From NCBI GenBank assembly GCA_951406725.2, contig OX597831.1, positions 70,804,001 through 70,868,000 on the forward strand: a stretch of 64,000 bases of DNA. Reading direction: 5' to 3'. The DNA comes from Octopus vulgaris (Eukaryota). The notes below the pieces were generated by a model. It ran no database searches. It was not told where the DNA came from and worked only from the letters and a program-made list of their open reading frames with translations. Positions 56,851-64,000 of the stretch are shown piece after piece. Position 1 is the first letter of the stretch. Every line of letters begins with the position of its first letter. The position numbers were made by a program, and so were the translations under genes.

Positions 56851-57503
56851 TTCTTAATGAAAGTTTCCCAAATTACTTTTGAAGACTGAATATTTGCCTT
56901 TTAGATTGAAACTTCATAAATAGACACAGCAGGTTCACCAAGAACAAACAATAGCCTTACCATTAACTTAATCCGTCAGACTTTGTATCCCTCCATCATT
57001 ATTTACACCTAGTAAAAGAGTCTGCCACCAGTTATATGTTTCTAATTCCATTTCACAACTTTTATGTATTTCAAGAACTTTTTTATATGACTAGAAATAA
57101 ATTCAATGGTAAAGTGGCGCCACTCAGTATCTGACACATGCCTTCCCAGCCACTTCCACCTTCAGAAAGAAAAGAAATAAGTGAATGTTTTTTGTAGATT
57201 CTCTAATGGTAGCTGAATTCCAATAGAATATTTTTAAGAGAAAGTGCTAATTATTTTTCTTCTCTAACAATAGAAATTTTCTCTGTTTAAACAGGAAAAC
57301 AAATTGTGTGTGTGTGTATGTGTGTATATGTATACATAAGTATATATATATATGAATGTATGTATGTATGTATGTATGTATGTACGTATGTATGTATGTA
57401 TGTATGTATGTATGTGTGTATATATATGCATGTATGTATGTATGTATGTATGTATGTGTGTATATATATATATATATATACACACACATATATATATATA
57501 TAT

Positions 57504-57563
<60 letters not shown>

Positions 57564-58692
57564 ACGTAAAGATAATAAAAATTGTCTTTTGTTTCATTAA
57601 AATCATTTTCCTATAGGTTATTGTAAAATGTTTAACAATAGGTAAAAGAAATAATCTTCATGTTAATAATTAATCAAGAAATTGTGAAATTACCTTGATT
57701 TTTCTTCTCCTATTGTGTAGTAATGATTGAATAACTTGCATTTAAATCAAAATTGAAATTCTTTTAAAAGCCAAGATAAGTTTGAACAGAATGCAATAAA
57801 GGATGGATCATTTGCTTCTATGAAATCAACACGATAGGAAGACAAAACATAATACAAATAAAATATAACTTGACACTTCCTGTCGTACATAATTTTCAAA
57901 AGCCATTCACCATTTGCAGACATTGAATGAAACTGAATGGAAATTTATCATTATTTTTGTCTTTACCATTGTTACTGTAGATTGTTTTATTAGCATTGTT
58001 ATACGACTGTAGGCCAAGATTTTAGTTTCATTTGATTGTACAACATTCCTTGTTAATAAAACTCTCTCTTAAGACCTTTTTCTAAATTGTAAATGAAGCC
58101 TGGAAGGGGAAAAACTCGTGGTTTCTTTTACCAGTAAAAAATTTCGTGAAAAATACCAAACATTTTAACTGATAGGTTTTGCATATATAACATCTATTGA
58201 TATAACATCTTACAAAGAACTGTTATGATATTAAAGAAATACTTTAAAATGTAGTAAAGAATACAAGAGAGAGTAGAAAGCTGAAACAAGCATATTTACT
58301 CCATTTTGTTCTTCTCAGTTCTCATATATAAGAATGAATATAATTATATGTATCAGTATGTGTATTTATGAATATATGCTTTTAGTATTGGATGAGTTTC
58401 CTACTAGTTAAATGATACAATGTAGTCCCAAATTCCCTAAAAGCTGAATATATCATGTGGAGTGATGTATGTGCGGTTGCATGTGTGTGGTTGAGTCTGT
58501 GTGTATTTATTACAAAGTGAATATATCTTATCGATAATAAAATCTACCTGTATACACAAGCATATATACATACATACATCATACTTTTACACATACGTGC
58601 ATACAAAATACTAACACATAAAACTCACACTTTCATAAACACAAAAAGCATAGGATAGGTGGACACACACTGACAAATACATGCACTACATA

Positions 58693-58749
<57 letters not shown>

Positions 58750-59178
58750 AAGTGTGTGTGTGTGTGTGTGTGTATGTGCCAGTGTGTATGTGTATGCCAG
58801 TGTGTGTGTGTGTGTATGTGTTTGTGTGTGTATCTATGTGTGTGTGGCAGTAGTGTAAAATATGTTATTTTATGGAATATGATTGGATATCGACTATATA
58901 TACACATATGGAATAACAATTTATGGGCACAATATATATATATAAGGAGGAAAATTCTCTTGCATATTTGGTGTTGTTTTAATATATCCTTGTCCATTTT
59001 ACTAAGCTTTCATGTTTGCTGCTCTTGCAAATTTACATATAGACTTAATATAAATATTGGTTTTAGTATAGTTATTGACTAAAGAAAGATCATTTTGATA
59101 TTGACTTAGGATGTGTGTGTATGTGTCAGTGTGTGTGTGTTTGTGTGTGTGTGTCTTAGTGTGTGTGTGTGTATACAT

Positions 59179-59387
59179 GAAAAAAGAGATGACAAAGGAA
59201 TAAAGGATTATCATATGAACTTCATTAGCTTACAGCTGTTTCTGCAATAAGATGTGGTGATCTCATAGGACCTTCATGTTCGAGGCTCTAATGAAGTTAT
59301 AATGAAGTTATAAGTTGCAGCAGAAACAACTGTAAGCTTAGGAAGTTCATAAGATAATTGTCTCTTCCTTTGTCATCTCTTTTTTCT
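59179..59387. mobile_element. Short inverted-arm element with degenerate hammerhead at 59283-59339 (+)
   Basis: Arms at 59179-59246 and 59320-59387. The motif reads aggct-CTAATGA...GAAA-caactg-TA-agctt, and the left arm retains GAAAcagctgTAagct on the minus strand. Confidence 0.65.
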
Positions 59388-59540
59388 TATTACTACTCTG
59401 TACTCAATTAATGTTTCATTCAGAAGCACACATATATTGAGTTTTATACCAGGTTATTAATATTACAATGCCTAAGTGAGAGATTATATATGGCCACAGC
59501 ACATGAGCTGAAACTACATAAAATAAAATATATATATATA

Positions 59541-59953
59541 GGCGCAGGCGTGGCTGTGTGGTAAGTAGCTTGCTAACCAACCACATGGTTCCGGGTTCAG
59601 TCCCACTGCATGGCATCTTGGGCAAGTGTCTTCTACTATAGCCTCGGGCCGACCAAAGCCTTGTGAGTGGATTTGGTAGATGGAAACTGAAAGAAGCCCG
59701 TCGTATATATGTATATATATATATGCGCGTGTGTGTTTGTGTGTGTGTGTTTGTCCCCCTAGCATTGCTTGACAACCGATGCTGGTGTGTTTACGTCCCC
59801 GTCCCTTAGCGGTTCGGCAAAAGAGACCGATAGAATAAGTACTGGGCTTACAAAGAATAAGTCCCGGAGTCGATTTGCTCGACTAAAGGCGGTGCTCCAG
59901 CATGGCCGCAGTCAAATGACTGAAACAAGTAAAAGAGTAAAGAGTAAAAAGAG
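59541..59953 (+). mobile_element. SINE family A, full length
   Basis: Near-identical to the other young copies. Confidence 0.9.
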
Positions 59954-60065
59954 TATATATACATATATATACACACACATATATACAGATGTGCATACAT
60001 ACATATATACACACATACATATATACATATGTGTGTATACACATATGTATATATATATATGTATA

Positions 60066-60100
<35 letters not shown>

Positions 60101-60102
<2 letters not shown>

Positions 60103-60561
60103 CTTAATACATACACACATACACAAACACACACAGACATGTATGTATATGTGCGGCCAACTGGTTAGGCTGTGGCATTCATGATTGCTAGATCATGGGT
60201 TAGATTTTGGAACTGGGTGGTGCATTGTACTTCTGAGCAAACCTGTTCATTTCATGTTGTTCTGTGATCATTTCGGCATCTGACATGTGGCCCACTTGTG
60301 CACCTGTGCACCTGTGTATGAGTGTCTTGGCATTACATGAGAGCTGTAAATGAGTGTTGTGATTAGAGGAGTAACTTCCTTCATGCCAATCCCTTGTGAA
60401 AACTAACTTCCATGGAAACAGGTGTGTGTACGCAGCAAAAAGAGTATCCAGCCTAAAAGAATTCAGTCCAACCCAAGGATGGACAAGTGAACATGGTTTA
60501 TATATGTATATATATATATGAATTCAGTCCAACCCAAGGATGGACAAGTGAACATGGTTTA

Positions 60562-60599
<38 letters not shown>

Positions 60600-61007
60600 T
60601 AAACCATGTTCACTTGTCCATCCTTGGGTTGGACTGAATTCTTTTAGGCTGGATACTCTTTTTGCTGCGTACACACACCTGTTTCCATGGAAGTTAGTTT
60701 TCACAAGGGATTGGCATGAAGGAAGTTACTCCTCTAATCACAACACTCATTTACAGCTCTCATGTAATGCCAAGACACTCATACACAGGTGCACAGGTGC
60801 ACAAGTGGGCCACATGTCAGATGCCGAAATGATCACAGAACAACATGAAATGAACAGGTTTGCTCAGAAGTACAATGCACCACCCAGTTCCAAAATCTAA
60901 CCCATGATCTAGCAATCATGAATGCCACAGCCTAACCAGTTGGCCGCACATATACATACATGTCTGTGTGTGTTTGTGTATGTGTGTATGTGTGTATGTA
61001 TTAAGAT
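60101..61007. repeat. ~900-bp near-perfect palindrome centred on (TA)n near 60580
   Basis: By eye, the arms are identical apart from microsatellite length and an extra ~60-bp tandem copy in the left arm. Confidence 0.92.
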
Positions 61008-62644
61008 TTCCTTCAATAGAAGTATAAAATGCATGTCTGTTTTACTTGATTCAATTAAGCTGTATAATCCGTTTATAGTAGCAAAGCATCTCCAAGTCAT
61101 ATTTAGCATTCATTTATACTAGAATCATTAAGAGAAAGCTCAAGTTGGATTTGAAGCTCTATTGAATCAAATGAGTCTAGAAATAAACAAATTGTATTTA
61201 TAAATGATATGAAATTCTATGTCTTAATTCATAGTTGTTGTTCTAAGACAGCAGCCATTTTAGCTTTGTTTAAAAAAAAAATCAAACACAAAACCCGCCC
61301 TCCTATACAAAGACTGTATCAACAGATTAGCCAGTAATTATTCTGTTATTGATGCACGTAGAATATTGTAAATTTACTGTTTGTTTGCTTTCTTTAGATA
61401 CAAATACCATTACTGAAGGAAAAATAAGAAACCTTTTATGTAAAGCCAGTTTACCAACATATCTCAATTGTCTCAATTTCTCAATTGTTGTCATTTCAAA
61501 GACGAGTATTAGCTAAGTCACACAAACATTTAGTAAAAGAATTTACAAATACCTACAAATAATTCCAATGACCTCGTTCATTTGTGCTCATTTTTGTGGT
61601 GAAAGGAGCAAAAGTGTAGTTAAGCTATAATAACTTCACCATAATTTTAATGTCAACTTTTCCATGCTTGCATGGGTGAGACAGTATTTTTTGAGGTTGA
61701 GTTTTATATGGTTGGATGCCCTTCCTGTTGCCAACTCACAATTGTTTCTGAGTATGGTAATATGTCCCTGTGATTCGGTATGGTTTCATGGGAGTTTTGA
61801 CATGAAGAACACTGCTTGCATGACATTGACACTTCTTTACAACAATTATATCATCATCATCATTGTTCTACCGTGGTTGAGACAATAGAATTTACCATGC
61901 TATGCCAGACTTCATCGTCTATCATAACAATTATATATTGTCAATGCAAGGATACAGTGACACACATACATACCTGCACATACACATATACATACATGTA
62001 CAAAGACAGACAGATGGATGGTAGACAGACATGACATGCTTTTTTCAATCTCTGCCTACCAAGTCCTCTTTGCAATTCTTTGGTCAACCCAGAGCTATAG
62101 TAGAAGACACTTGTCCGAGATTCCACACTGTTGGACTAAAGCCTAAGCCAATGTGGTTGGCAAACAAACTTCTTATCAAAGAGCCATGTCTGCACCTAGT
62201 TACAATTTATGAAATATGAATGAGGCTCATTCATGTTCTGTAAGACCAAACTCTCCCTAGAAAGGATGTCAACTTATGGTAAATAATGTTCCCAGGAAGG
62301 TCTGGTTTTTATAATTCACAGCAGCATAAAATGACTTTAATGGAAATCAGGCATTGTTGTTTAGCCCCAGGTCAGTCTTAACTGAGTAAACCTATGTATG
62401 ATCAAAAGTTGTGGTGGTTGTTGTTGGTGTTTTTTAATCACAGGCTTAACTTTTATTGCGAAGAACTATGATCAAATATAAAACATAACCTTATTGCTTT
62501 ATATTGTTTATTTTCATGTTTCAGACTTGTGTATCGAGAAATCACATCATTCATGAATCTTTTTTTTAAAGATGCTATGGTTTAATTGGAAGAAAGTTTA
62601 GCTGCTATTTTTAGCAGATCTAGTTATCACATACATATTTCTAT

Positions 62645-62845
62645 ACTACCCACAAGGGGCTAAACACAGAGAGGACAAGCAAGGACAGACAAACAGATTA
62701 AGTCGATTATATCGACCCCAGTGTGTAACTGGTACTTAATTTATCGACCCCGAAAGGATGAAAGGCAAAGTTGACCTCGGCAGAATTTGAACTCAGAACG
62801 TAGCAGCAGATGAAATACCGCTAAGCATTTCGCCCGGTGTGCTAA
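62645..62845 (-). mobile_element. SINE family B
   Basis: Reverse complement of 7017-7245. Confidence 0.85.
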
Positions 62846-63374
62846 TGTTTCTGCCAGCTCACCGTCAAATTCACTTACATGTTCTCACTCATGACCCAGC
62901 AATGTAATGCTAAATCTCCTGTAAAATTACTGCAATAAGTTAAGGTTAAGGACCCTCACACTTTATTTCAATTTTGTTTCCCTCCTGATTGTCAAAAATA
63001 GTTGCAGTTCAACCTTTAATTGCTTTATTAGTAATAGAAAGGCAAAGGTTCCTAACATAGCAAAACAAAATTAAGTGCTATTACATCAACATCCTACCCA
63101 TGCAATGAAGGAAAATATATGTAAAACTTTGCTGTTTATTTCTGTAGCTTGTTGAATCTCATGGCTCATTAATCTAATATTTTACCCATTGTTAGTTTCC
63201 ATTTTCAACACATTAGGTTTCACCACTTTCCACTTCAATTCTTGATTTCTTTTTAAATATATATTGTGTTTTTTTTCTTTCTAAAACTAACAACACACAC
63301 ATACACATACACACATATTCATACACTCACATATATGAATACATGCATTTGCGCATAAAGACATGCATGCTTGC

Positions 63375-63405
<31 letters not shown>

Positions 63406-64000
63406 CATACATACATACATACATACATACATACATACATACATACATACATACATACATACATACATACATGCATACATACATACATACATACATACAC
63501 ATAAAATATATACATATGCTTATATACAAATATACATGCACACATACACATGCATGCACACACATAATGTTTGTATGTGTGTATGTGTGTATGTATGCAT
63601 GTATGTATGTATGTAGGACTGCATGTATACACACACACACATACACATATATATATATATATATATATATAATGCTTGCATGTATGTATGAAAGCATGTA
63701 TGACTGTATGTATGAATATGTATGTGTGTGTATATATATATATATGGAGTGTGGTTTTCCTATTATTTTCGTCTTCCTTGCTCCCATTATCAAACTGCTA
63801 TTGTATGTCTAAATTTTTTAAAGTTAAATTATTAGGAATAAAGGAATAAATGTGTTAATAGATTTAATGCATGAAGCAATAAACAAATTATGAAACATGA
63901 ATATGAGGGAATATAAAAGACCATTACTAGTAAATGATTGATGTTATTTGTATTATCTGGCAAATACAAGAGGCAAACCTGGATGTATTGTAACCGTCTT

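Overview
This is AT-rich, microsatellite-saturated animal non-coding DNA. The SINE families and repeat density suggest an octopus or other cephalopod, which is an inference. No intact host gene is recognisable, and nearly all ORFs in the track are translated microsatellites. The window is a patchwork of mobile elements: a decayed Penelope-like element (RT plus GIY-YIG), a second Penelope fragment, R4/Dong and RTE LINE relics, mariner/Tc1 relics, three Helitrons (one carrying a Pif1 helicase fragment), several tRNA-derived SINE families, a 5S rRNA-derived copy, a ~77-copy 28-bp minisatellite and a ~900-bp palindrome. The main hidden signal is about 15 hammerhead-ribozyme (HHR) motifs, some intact and many degenerate, lying in small non-coding elements. 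Many of these elements sit in (TA)n tracts or form head-to-head inverted dimers. One is a tRNA-SINE-plus-HHR inverted dimer bounded by a 14-bp direct repeat. One HHR at 52.7 kb appears to have its three strands in reversed (pseudoknotted) order. All folds were read by eye, and element boundaries are approximate.
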